64,000 nt of DNA from an uncultured Coriobacteriaceae bacterium (GCA_944322175.1 CALUOB010000002.1:29078-93077); one strand, 5' to 3'; shown: positions 46,398 through 56,337, counted from the first letter of the stretch. Notes: generated by a model from the sequence alone, not told the origin. Translations and numbers: made by a program.

Positions 46398-46432
46398 GGC
46401 CAAAAAACGCCGATAACAGCGTTATTTGGCAG
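46398..46432. repeat. Intergenic repeat, copy D (overlaps the last codons of the MFS gene)
   Basis: ggccaaaaaacgccgataacagcgttatttggcag. Its reverse complement aligns closely with copy A. Confidence 0.8.
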
Positions 46433-47621
46433 CGCGGGAAAGCCTCCAGGTGGCGGCTGCAAAGAGCCAGGCGACAAGCGAGAACGCGCCGCCCACCAGC
46501 CCGACCTGAGCCATGCCGAGGCCTGATACCACGGCGCCGCCCACGGCGGTTCCGAAGGCAATGCCCGTGTTGAAGGCCATGGGCTCAAGCGAGCTTGCGA
46601 GGGTGAGCGCCTTGGGGTGGTGCCTCCGTGCCGTCTTCATAAAGAGCGACACGCAGGGCACCGACACGATGTACATGAGAAGTCCGAGTGCCATGACCGG
46701 AACGAGCGCCTGCGGCATGGCGGGGCTTACCGCCCACAGCGCAAAGAGCGTTGCCGCGAGCGCGGGAAAGCTCGCCAACAAGGTGCGCAGGCCAAAGCGC
46801 GCGTCCAGCCAGCCCGAGAGCAGGTTGGAGAAGAAGCACATCACGCCGTAGGCCATGAGCACGCCGCTCGCTCCGAGGGCGTCCATGCCGAGAACCGTTT
46901 CGAGGTAGGGGGTCACGTACCCGTAGAACACGTAGACCGACCCCACGCCAAAGACGAAGATGCCGAAGCCGGTCAGGATCTGCGGCTCGCCGAGCAGCGC
47001 TGCCTGCTCGCGCATGGTGGCGGGCTCGTCGGTGGCGCCGGTGCGCGGCAAAAACGCCATGAGCGCGGCGCAGGATGCCACGGCGAGCACGAGCGAGCCG
47101 ATCATGACGAGGTGCCAGTCGAGCGCATGGGCGACCATCTTGCCGACCGAGGTGATGATCACCATGGCAACCGAGAACGCCGCGTATACGAGCGAGATGA
47201 CGATGGAGGTGCGCTCGGCCCCCACGAGCTCGGGAATGTAGGTCACGCCGACGGCGAGCAGCGCGCCCGACACCGCGCCGAGCATCACGCGCGAGCCGAG
47301 AAGCACCTCGAAGCTGGGCGCGAACGCCATGGCGACGTTCGCTGCGCAGAACACGAGCGCATAGGTTACGAGCAGGGGGAAGCGCCTGAAGCGCCCGGTG
47401 GTGATGGCGAGCACGGGCGTGAGCACGGCATAGGCGATCGAGAAGAAGCTGATGAGCTCGCCGACGCGGGTGAGGCTCACGCCGAACGCATCGGCGAGCT
47501 CGCTTTCGATGCCGATAACTACGAACTCCGAGCAGCCGAGCGCAAAGCCGAGCAGCACGAGAAGCGCCACGCAGAGGCGCGCGCGGACGGGGGCTTGGGG
47601 CGTTGGGGCGGTAGGTGCCAT
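46422..47621 (-). CDS. MFS transporter (12-TM, efflux-type)
   Basis: Only the C-terminal 399 codons of track ORF 46422-48890 are hydrophobic and MFS-like (MAPTAPTPQAPVRARLCVALLVLLGF...). The ATG at 47621 gives a 12-TM protein. The upstream 420 codons are antisense to the DUF871 gene. Confidence 0.8.
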   Translation of the reverse strand: MAPTAPTPQAPVRARLCVALLVLLGFALGCSEFVVIGIESELADAFGVSLTRVGELISFFSIAYAVLTPVLAITTGRFRRFPLLVTYALVFCAANVAMAFAPSFEVLLGSRVMLGAVSGALLAVGVTYIPELVGAERTSIVISLVYAAFSVAMVIITSVGKMVAHALDWHLVMIGSLVLAVASCAALMAFLPRTGATDEPATMREQAALLGEPQILTGFGIFVFGVGSVYVFYGYVTPYLETVLGMDALGASGVLMAYGVMCFFSNLLSGWLDARFGLRTLLASFPALAATLFALWAVSPAMPQALVPVMALGLLMYIVSVPCVSLFMKTARRHHPKALTLASSLEPMAFNTGIAFGTAVGGAVVSGLGMAQVGLVGGAFSLVAWLFAAATWRLSRAAK

Positions 47622-47753
47622 GTGCTTCTCCAGATCGGGGCGTAGGTGTCCGCACCGTATTGTATCCTTGGCACAGGACGTAATCTGGCGGCAGCGGCGG
47701 GCTGCGGGGCCAAGAGCTCCGGACCTGCGCAACTCTCGAGAAAGGCTTTTGCC

Positions 47754-48914
47754 ATGCACAAGCTCGGCATCTCGGTTTACCCCGAACACTCCACGCCCGA
47801 GAAGGACCATGCCTACCTTGAGCGGGCTGCGGCTCACGGTTTCTCGCGTATCTTTACCTGCCTGCTTTCGGTGAACAAGAGCCCCGAGGAGACGGTCGAG
47901 GAGTTCTCGGCGTTTGTGAGCGCCGCCCACGACCTCGGCTTTGAGGTTGCCGCCGACACCAACCCCGCCGTATTCAGGCACCTGGGGGCAACTCCCGAGG
48001 ACCTTTCGATCTTCGAGCGCATGGGGCTCGACATCATCCGCTTGGACGGCAACTTTGGCGAGATGGGCGACCGCCTCATCACGCGCAACCCGCAGGGCAT
48101 CAAGATCGAGTTCAACGCCAGCTCCGACGTGACGCTCGACCATCTCATCGCCCACGGCGCCGACCCGGCAAACATCGTGGTGTGCCACAACTTCTATCCC
48201 GAGCGCTACTCGGGCCTTTCGTGGGACGTGTTCAGCCGCTTCAACGAGAAGTGGCGCGCGCTCGGCCTGCGCACCGCTGCCTTCGTGAGCAGCAACAACG
48301 ACCCGACGTTCGGGCCCTGGCCGGTGGCGGCGGGCTTGCCCACGCTCGAGCAGCACCGCGGCTTGCCCGTTGACGTGCAGCTGCGCCACCTCATCGCAAC
48401 CGAGATGATCGACGACATCATCGTGGGCAACGCGTTTGCGAGCGAGGACGAGCTTGCCTCTATGGCGGCGTGCGACCTTACCCGCACCACCGTAACCGTG
48501 CAGACCGGCCGCGAGCTCTGCGCCAACGAGCGCCTTGCGCTCACGGGCTTTGTCCATTGCGGCCGCGCCGACGCCTCGGCGTACTTCATCCGCTCCTCGT
48601 GGCCGCGCATGGCCTTCAAGGACGCGGGCGCGGGCGACGCGGGCGCGGGCATGATGTCGGTCGAGGGGGCCCAGGCGGGTGCTGACAAGAGCATTCCCGC
48701 CGTGCCGTGCGAGAAGAGCTGTTTCACCCGCGGCGACGTGCTCGTGGTGAACGACAGCCTCAAGCACTACCGCGGCGAGGTCGAGGTCGCGCTGTGCGAC
48801 ATCCCCAACGACGGCGAGCGCAACCTCGTGGGCCGCATTCCCGACGAGGAGCTCATGATTCTCGACTGCATGGAGCGCAATCCCGACCATTTCTTCGGGT
48901 TCATCGTTAAGTAA
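47754..48914 (+). CDS. DUF871 family protein (MupG-like 6-phospho-N-acetylmuramidase family)
   Basis: Start at the ATG at 47754 (MHKLGISVYPEHS...). GFSRIFTCL, IRLDGNFG, CHNFYPERYSGLS and the C-terminal beta-barrel-like part fit my recollection of DUF871/MupG. Needs HMM confirmation. Confidence 0.6.
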   Translation: MHKLGISVYPEHSTPEKDHAYLERAAAHGFSRIFTCLLSVNKSPEETVEEFSAFVSAAHDLGFEVAADTNPAVFRHLGATPEDLSIFERMGLDIIRLDGNFGEMGDRLITRNPQGIKIEFNASSDVTLDHLIAHGADPANIVVCHNFYPERYSGLSWDVFSRFNEKWRALGLRTAAFVSSNNDPTFGPWPVAAGLPTLEQHRGLPVDVQLRHLIATEMIDDIIVGNAFASEDELASMAACDLTRTTVTVQTGRELCANERLALTGFVHCGRADASAYFIRSSWPRMAFKDAGAGDAGAGMMSVEGAQAGADKSIPAVPCEKSCFTRGDVLVVNDSLKHYRGEVEVALCDIPNDGERNLVGRIPDEELMILDCMERNPDHFFGFIVK

Positions 48915-49040
48915 AAAGATGCGCGTGCGGGCGCGGAGGGGCTTAGCCTGGCCTCTTGCGCCCGCTTTCTCGCACGGCGCGCGAAGGGCAGGGCCCCTGC
49001 TCGCATGTTGAGGCGGCGCCGAGGGCGCCAGGAGGTGTAC

Positions 49041-50048
49041 ATGGCAAGAGCAACCGACTTCAGTCGCCCAGCGCTTGTGAGCCGCAGGCGCTGGGGAGCT
49101 GTGCTGGCGGCGTTTGCCGCAGCCGCTGCCCTTGTGCTCGGAGGATGCGCGGAGGACGCGAGCAGGCCGGCGCCTGCGGCCGATGTGGCGGAGGCGCTCG
49201 AGCGCGTTGACGAGCCTGCGGTAGAAGTCGGCGACGGCGAGCCCGACTTTACCGAGGAGGAGATCTCGTACGCGCTCGAGAACGAGGGCTACGAGAACTA
49301 CAGCGAGCTCGACGCCTTAGACCGCTGCGGGGAGGCGGAGGCATGCCTCGGCCCCGAGACCATGCCGCGGAAGGGCGAGGAGCGCGGCAACATCAGCTCC
49401 GTGCACCCGAGCGGCTGGCATTCGGTGCGTTACGGCTTCGTGGACGGCGAGAGCCTCTACAACCGCTCGCACCTCATCGCGTGGTCGCTCGCGGCCGAGA
49501 ACGCCAACGAGGAGAACCTCGTAACCGGCACGCGTCATATGAACGCCGAGGGCATGCTGCCCTACGAGGAAGAGGTCGCCCGCTATATCGACGATACCGA
49601 GAATCATGTTCTCTACCGCGTAACGCCCATCTTCGAGGGCACCGAGCTCGTGTGCCGCGGCGTGCGCATCGAGGCGTGCTCGCTCGAAGACAGCGGCCGC
49701 GGCATCATGATCGACGTGGTGTGCCCCAACGTGCAGCCGGGCGTGGCCATTGACTACGAGACCGGCGAGAGCTGGACCGAGGACGAGGCGCCCGCCGACG
49801 TTCTCGCCAACGCTCCGGGCGCTGGCTCTTCGTCAGCGGCAGACGGCGCGTCTGATGGGCAGGGGAGCTCGCAGCGGGCAGACGACGAGGTCCGCGACTA
49901 CGTGCTCAACACCAACTCGCGCAAGTTCCACGATCCCGACTGCGCCTCGGTTGCCGACATGAGCTCGCGCAACCGCGAGGATGTGACCGCGTCGCGCGCC
50001 GATCTTATCGCCCAGGGCTACGACCCCTGCGGCTCCTGTCAACCGTAG
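49041..50048 (+). CDS. Secreted lipoprotein DNA/RNA non-specific endonuclease (DNA-entry nuclease-like) with a C-terminal Ada-type Zn-binding motif
   Basis: The ATG at 49041 follows ggagg. Lipobox LVLGGC. LYNRSHLIAWSL...GTRHMN...YRVTPIF matches the Endonuclease_NS_2/EndA-like core. The C-terminus FHDPDCASV...GYDPCGSCQP is the CxxxxxC...CxxC motif seen at the ends of many secreted nucleases. Confidence 0.75.
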   Translation: MARATDFSRPALVSRRRWGAVLAAFAAAAALVLGGCAEDASRPAPAADVAEALERVDEPAVEVGDGEPDFTEEEISYALENEGYENYSELDALDRCGEAEACLGPETMPRKGEERGNISSVHPSGWHSVRYGFVDGESLYNRSHLIAWSLAAENANEENLVTGTRHMNAEGMLPYEEEVARYIDDTENHVLYRVTPIFEGTELVCRGVRIEACSLEDSGRGIMIDVVCPNVQPGVAIDYETGESWTEDEAPADVLANAPGAGSSSAADGASDGQGSSQRADDEVRDYVLNTNSRKFHDPDCASVADMSSRNREDVTASRADLIAQGYDPCGSCQP

Positions 50049-50095
50049 CGCTCGCGCCAGCTGGCCACTGTTTTCACTTCTTCATAACCCACGCT

Positions 50096-50135
50096 AACGG
50101 AAGTGAATCTCATTTCACTTCCGTTATTATTTTCT
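50096..50135 (+). terminator. Rho-independent terminator downstream of the nuclease gene
   Basis: aacggaagtgaa (50096-50107) pairs with ttcacttccgtt (50114-50125), with a 6-nt loop, followed by attattttctt. Confidence 0.8.
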
Positions 50136-50167
50136 TATGGAAGTGAATCTTCTTTCGCTTCCATAAG
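50134..50167 (+). promoter_or_regulatory. Second hairpin sharing the ggaagtgaatct motif, 36 nt upstream of fic
   Basis: cttatggaag (50134-50143) pairs with cttccataag (50158-50167). ggaagtgaatct is repeated at 50099-50110 and 50139-50150. Confidence 0.6.
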
Positions 50168-50202
50168 GTGTATGCCAAGAGAAGCGAGTGAGGTGACGGC
50201 TT

Positions 50203-51399
50203 ATGTGGCCTGCGGTGACATATGAGAAGCGTCCGTGGCATATGGACCCCGACGAGCGGCTGCTTATTCCAAAGAGCAGGCGCCGGCGTATCCTCAGCAC
50301 CTACGAGGCTGCTATTCCCGCATCCATCGCCGGTCAGAAGGTTACGGTGTCTCGGCAGCTTCTCGAACGCATGAGTGACATCGTGGCGGAACTCGCGCGT
50401 TTTGACGAGGAACAGGCCTCGCGAGGGTACGATCTTCCGGCGCTGATGCTGCGCAGCGAATCGGCGGCGAGCTCTCAAATCGAGAACCTCACATCAAGCG
50501 TACGCAACGTCGCCCTTGCTGAGCTTTCGGACGACGCGCCCCAGAATGCGCGCATTATCACGGGCAATGTGAGCGCCATGAGAGCATCGCTTGCTCTGTC
50601 AGGCGATGTGAGCGTGGAGCAGGTCAAGGAGGTCCATCGAGCTTTGATGGGCGTCGCCGGAGCGTCCTTTGCCGGCGAGCTGCGTTCAGAACAGGTCTGG
50701 GTTGGAGGTACTCCGTACAGCCCTCACGGCGCGCTGTTTGTTCCGCCTGCTGCCTGTCGTGTTGCCGGCTGTCTTGAGGACGCCTGCCGATTCGCTGCGC
50801 GCGACGATGTGAACGCCGTTGCGAAGGCGGCTATCTTTCACGCGCAGCTCGAGACGATCCATCCTTTCATAGACGGCAACGGCCGCACCGGTCGCGCGCT
50901 GCTCCATCGCATTCTCAGACAGGAGGGCGTTCTGAGGAACTCGACGCTGCCGGTTTCTGCCGGGCTGCTTCGCAACATCGATGCGTACATGGCGTCCATC
51001 GACGCCTATCAGACCGGAGATCCCGAGCCGATCATTGACCAGGTTGTCGAGGCGCTCGAGCTTTCCTCCGTCATAGGCTCCCGTATGGCGCGCGCCTTCG
51101 ACGGCGTGATCGCGGAGATGCGCGAGTCAATCATCGAGCGCGCCGGGTCCGCGATCCACCGTTTGCCCGCACTGCTGGTAGAGCAGCCCGTGGTGAATCG
51201 CAGCTACGTGGCAGAGCATCTGGGGATCACGCCGCGCGCCGCCGCGAACCTCGTCGACAAGGCATGTGAGTACGGCATCCTGCGTCCGCTGGGCGGTCGC
51301 CGCCGCGGTACGTTCTTCCAGTCTGACGCGATCATCGACCTGCTCGAGGAAGCCTCGAGCACCTCGGGCATACGCCGCGTTCTCTCCGCTCGCTCATAG
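50203..51399 (+). CDS. fic: Fic/DOC family protein (class II: inhibitory helix in cis)
   Basis: Fic active-site motif HPFIDGNGRTGRALL. N-terminal SSQIEN fits the (S/T)xxxE(G/N) inhibitory motif. C-terminal winged-helix-like segment. RBS gaggtga. Confidence 0.9.
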   Translation: MWPAVTYEKRPWHMDPDERLLIPKSRRRRILSTYEAAIPASIAGQKVTVSRQLLERMSDIVAELARFDEEQASRGYDLPALMLRSESAASSQIENLTSSVRNVALAELSDDAPQNARIITGNVSAMRASLALSGDVSVEQVKEVHRALMGVAGASFAGELRSEQVWVGGTPYSPHGALFVPPAACRVAGCLEDACRFAARDDVNAVAKAAIFHAQLETIHPFIDGNGRTGRALLHRILRQEGVLRNSTLPVSAGLLRNIDAYMASIDAYQTGDPEPIIDQVVEALELSSVIGSRMARAFDGVIAEMRESIIERAGSAIHRLPALLVEQPVVNRSYVAEHLGITPRAAANLVDKACEYGILRPLGGRRRGTFFQSDAIIDLLEEASSTSGIRRVLSARS

Positions 51400-51598
51400 C
51401 TCATTGGAGACCTTGTCGTTCTCCCTGTTCTCCCTGCTAGAGCTTATGCCATCGGTTATGTTTATGTTGAAAAACGCAGGGCAAACCGTAGCGCGAGTAC
51501 GGAAGAGCAAGCAGGGTTTGCGGACGCTTGAAAAAGCGAGGTTCCGTACGAACCCTGCAGCAAAGTAATACAAGCAGCGAGTGCGGAGGAGTAGGCAA

Positions 51599-51709
51599 GG
51601 GACGGGCGGTGCTTTGAAATGCGAGGTTCCGCATGAGCAGCAGATGCCGTTTCCGGCATCTGCGTCGCGAAGAGGATGTGCTTGAGTATTTCAAAGCACC
51701 GCCCGTCCC
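51599..51709 (+). promoter_or_regulatory. Large perfect inverted repeat (22-bp arms) enclosing a 10-bp-stem hairpin, immediately upstream of ettA
   Basis: gggacgggcggtgctttgaaat (51599-51620) pairs with atttcaaagcaccgcccgtccc (51688-51709). The inner hairpin is gcagatgccg (51640-51649) pairing with cggcatctgc (51654-51663). The structure ends 24 nt before the ettA RBS. Confidence 0.85.
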
Positions 51710-51743
51710 ATGAGGGGAAAGAATCATCCGAAAGGAGCTCAAT

Positions 51744-53423
<1,680 letters not shown>

Positions 53424-53432
53424 GAGCGCTGC

Positions 53433-53849
53433 GTGGGACGCAGGCCAGACATACCGGCCGAGGGGCCCAAGTACGCGATGGTCAACGTGCGCATGGCGCC
53501 GGCGGCCCGGGCGGCGGGAAACGCTGCCCTGGCCGCCGCGGGCGTTACGCCCACTGAGGCCGTGCGCGCGCTGTGGGCCTTTGCGGCGCGGCACGCGGGC
53601 GACCCCGCGCGCGTGCGCGACCTGGTCGAAGCGCTCAGAGGCGAAGGGACCGAGGCGGTCCTAAGTCAGGAGAAGGTCGAGCAGTTCGGCGCGTTTTGCG
53701 ATGCGCATCTTTTCGAGGCGGAGCTTGCGCGCATGGGGCTTCCCTGGGATGCCGACAGGGCGGAGGTTCTCGAAGGCATGAACGGCCTTGCTGACGCTGC
53801 TTTGCCCGCCGAACCCTCCGAGGATGCGAGCCGACCTTCTCGCCTCTGA
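53433..53849 (+). CDS. RelB/DinJ-like ribbon-helix-helix protein (orphan antitoxin-like)
   Basis: MVNVRMAPAARAAGNAALAAAGVTPTEAVRALWAFAAR resembles the DinJ N-terminus (v-x-v-R-x-d...A-x-x-v-l-x-x-x-G-l-t-x-s-x-a-i-r). No RelE/YafQ-like partner is adjacent. The true start may be the internal Met at 53478. Confidence 0.4.
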   Translation: MGRRPDIPAEGPKYAMVNVRMAPAARAAGNAALAAAGVTPTEAVRALWAFAARHAGDPARVRDLVEALRGEGTEAVLSQEKVEQFGAFCDAHLFEAELARMGLPWDADRAEVLEGMNGLADAALPAEPSEDASRPSRL

Positions 53850-53889
53850 CCTGCCTGGCGCGCTTCTCCGCCGCATTTTGCTACATGAT

Positions 53890-53965
53890 CCACAAGAATA
53901 CGCACCGTGCCGCAATTGCGAGTCTAAAATGGCTGGCAAAAGCGGTGCGGTGCGTATTCTTGTGG
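53890..53965. terminator. 18-bp perfect inverted repeat between convergent genes (probable bidirectional terminator)
   Basis: ccacaagaatacgcaccg (53890-53907) pairs with cggtgcgtattcttgtgg (53948-53965). A second GC-rich hairpin follows: ggcgaggcg pairing with cgcctcgcc (about 53967-54002). Confidence 0.7.
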
Positions 53966-54042
53966 CGGCGAGGCGAGCCGCAAGATGTGCGGGCGCCTCG
54001 CCGCGCAGGGGATTGGACGGACCTGCGAGTGTCTGGGCGGGC

Positions 54043-56337
54043 TTACCCGAGGACGCGCTGCGGGTCGAGCCACGCGGGCATGTCGGGGCTCACCACGCGG
54101 GCGCACACATAGGCGCGGGGCAGCGAGACGATGCTTGCCGCCTGGTACGCACCCGAGGGCATGCGGTCGAGAACCACGGCACAGTCGGTAGCACGGTCGT
54201 CGACGAGGCTCATGGGCAGCAGAAGCTTGAGCTTTTCGGCGCGCGGGTCGTAGGCGGGAGCCGCCGTGCGGTAGCTGCGCTGGCAGCGGCGCACGGCAAG
54301 CTCGATAGCGTCATCGAGCGTCCGGCACATACGGCGGCGCAGTGCCGCGTCTGCGTCGATGGCGCGCGCGAGGCGGCGCAGGGCCTCGGCGCGATCGAGC
54401 GGTTGCACCGACGAATCCGTTGCCTGACGGAGAAGCTCCTCGGTGGCGCCGGATCCGTCGAGATGCTCATGCAAGAAGCCCTGGGGCAGGCGCTCGAGGC
54501 AGGGGCCGAGCAGTGCGCGGTAGTCGGGAACGACGAGCGCGTCGGCGCTGGGAACGATCTCGTCGAGCGAGGTCAGGTAGCTTGCCGGGCGCGGCGCGCT
54601 GCCGAATTCGGCTATGATGCGCTGTCCGAGCTCGCCCGAGCCCGCCACGGCAAAGCCCGCGAAGCGCCAGGGGATATCGGCCCCCGAGGGCTCGAAGCAA
54701 GCGCAGATGTCTTCGTACGTTGCGTTCCACAGGCCGGTGTTGAACATGGCGAGCGAGCCGTCCCGGCTTACGAGCACGCTGCCCGTGGCGGAGAGGCGCG
54801 CAAACGTGACGGCAAGGTACTCGCGCAAAATGCCGTAGCGCCCGCCGCCCAGTGCGTCGGTGTTCCAGCGCTCGGCGCCTGCCGTGCGCGCGAGCTCTCC
54901 CAGCAGTGCGTCCCAGCCGCCGATAAGGGCAAACTGTGCGAACGCGCGCACGGGGCTGTAGCCGTCGCCGAGGGTGCCGGCGCGACGGTCCTGCGCGGAG
55001 AGGTCGGCCCAGGCGCCCTCGTCTTCGCGCGGCAGGCCGTCGAGCCCCACGGCCTCGTGGGCCGACCCCGTGCCGTCGTCGCCGTCTACGAGCGCGATCT
55101 CCCAGCGCGCGCCCGATCCGGGGCGGCCGGACCGCTTCATGGTCACCTCGACGGGGGCGGAGCCGTCCTCGCGCAAAAAGCGCAGCGGGAAGGTCACGCG
55201 GTTGCGGCCGCCTTGGAGCGTGCCGGTGGAGCGGGCAACGCGCCAGTCTTCGTCGAGAAGTGCCATAAGGTCGACCTGCACGGGCAGGATGCGCATGAGC
55301 AGGCCGAGCGCGGACTGACGGCAGTGGACGTCCTGCGAGATGGAGGCGGGGTAGTCGTAGCGGCGCGCGGACCCGGCGGAAGCGTAGCCGGTTGCGGGTG
55401 CGGCATGCTCGGCGACGGGGGAGGCATGCCGAGTTTCGGGTGCGACGGGCGCGGGTGCGCTCTGCGGCTCCTGCTCCTCGGCGGCGGGCTCGTCGTCGGG
55501 GACGTAGGTGATGGTGAGCGAGATGCGGTCGCGGGGCTCCGGAGCAGCCGGGGCGTCTGCGCGCTCAGCTGCTTCGGCGGGCTCGGCGGGCGCTGCCGGC
55601 GAGGCGGTGGGAGCGTCTGCGCCGTCGGTGGCTGCGCTGTCGTCGGAGGCGACGATCGGATTTTCCGCGGGAGCAGGCGCGGCTGCGGCTGTCGCGGCAG
55701 AGGCGGGGGCGCCCGCAGCGACCTGCGCTTCCTGCTCGGCGTTGTTCTCGACGGTCTGCGAGGCAACAGTTGCCGCCTCTGCTATGGGCGTGGTTGTCTC
55801 GGTGTTTGCCGAGTCGCTGTTGCCTGCCTCCGCCGTAGCCGTCTCGTTGCGCACAGGGGCGGCGCTGCCCGCATCGCCGGGCTCGGGCGCATTCGTCTCT
55901 TGAGCGGAGGGTGCCGCGGGCGTCTCGGCAGCTGCGGGCGCGGCAGGGGTCTCAGCGGCCTTCTTCTTGGGCTTGCGCTCGCGCTTGCGGCGCGGCTTCA
56001 CCGGTTTTACGGCCTTTTTCTGGCGCTTCCAGGGCTTTCCCGAGGCGGCTGCCTTGCCTGCGGCCTTCTCGGCTTTGGCGAGAAGCGCATCCCACTCGGG
56101 CTGCTGGCGCACGATCACGTACACGCGGCCGCCCTTGAAGATCTTGAGCTCGATGAAGGAGTCGAGCAGCTCGAGTGCGGCGCGCACCGACTCGGCGCCC
56201 AGGTCGGCCGCCTCGATGCCGTCTTGGGCAAGCGCCTCCTCAACGTGGGGCAGCAGGGTCTGCTTGCCCACGCCGATCGTCTCCGACAGCAACTGGTAGA
56301 GGTAGAGCTGGTTGTTCAGCGTAAGGGTTGTCTGCAT
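54043..56337 (-). CDS. OST-HTH/LOTUS-like N-terminal domain + Lys/Pro/Ala-rich basic linker + DUF3825-like C-terminal domain protein
   Basis: Start at the ATG at 56337 (MQTTLTLNNQLYLYQLL...). The first 85 aa look like an OST-HTH fold (LLPHVEEALAQDGIEAADLGAESVRAALELLDSFIELK). Then comes KPWKRQKKAVKPVKPRRKRERKPKKK and about 200 aa of Ala/Pro/Glu low complexity. The C-terminal 400 aa (YGILREYLAVTFARL...FNTGLWNATYEDI...LLLPMSLVDD) fits my recollection of DUF3825. Needs HMM confirmation. Confidence 0.5.
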   Translation of the reverse strand: MQTTLTLNNQLYLYQLLSETIGVGKQTLLPHVEEALAQDGIEAADLGAESVRAALELLDSFIELKIFKGGRVYVIVRQQPEWDALLAKAEKAAGKAAASGKPWKRQKKAVKPVKPRRKRERKPKKKAAETPAAPAAAETPAAPSAQETNAPEPGDAGSAAPVRNETATAEAGNSDSANTETTTPIAEAATVASQTVENNAEQEAQVAAGAPASAATAAAAPAPAENPIVASDDSAATDGADAPTASPAAPAEPAEAAERADAPAAPEPRDRISLTITYVPDDEPAAEEQEPQSAPAPVAPETRHASPVAEHAAPATGYASAGSARRYDYPASISQDVHCRQSALGLLMRILPVQVDLMALLDEDWRVARSTGTLQGGRNRVTFPLRFLREDGSAPVEVTMKRSGRPGSGARWEIALVDGDDGTGSAHEAVGLDGLPREDEGAWADLSAQDRRAGTLGDGYSPVRAFAQFALIGGWDALLGELARTAGAERWNTDALGGGRYGILREYLAVTFARLSATGSVLVSRDGSLAMFNTGLWNATYEDICACFEPSGADIPWRFAGFAVAGSGELGQRIIAEFGSAPRPASYLTSLDEIVPSADALVVPDYRALLGPCLERLPQGFLHEHLDGSGATEELLRQATDSSVQPLDRAEALRRLARAIDADAALRRRMCRTLDDAIELAVRRCQRSYRTAAPAYDPRAEKLKLLLPMSLVDDRATDCAVVLDRMPSGAYQAASIVSLPRAYVCARVVSPDMPAWLDPQRVLG

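Noticed and set aside
46422-48890. 822-aa ORF on the minus strand
   Set aside because: It is chimeric. Only the C-terminal 399 codons (46422-47621) form a coherent 12-TM MFS protein. The N-terminal part is antisense to the DUF871/MupG-like gene and is motif-free.
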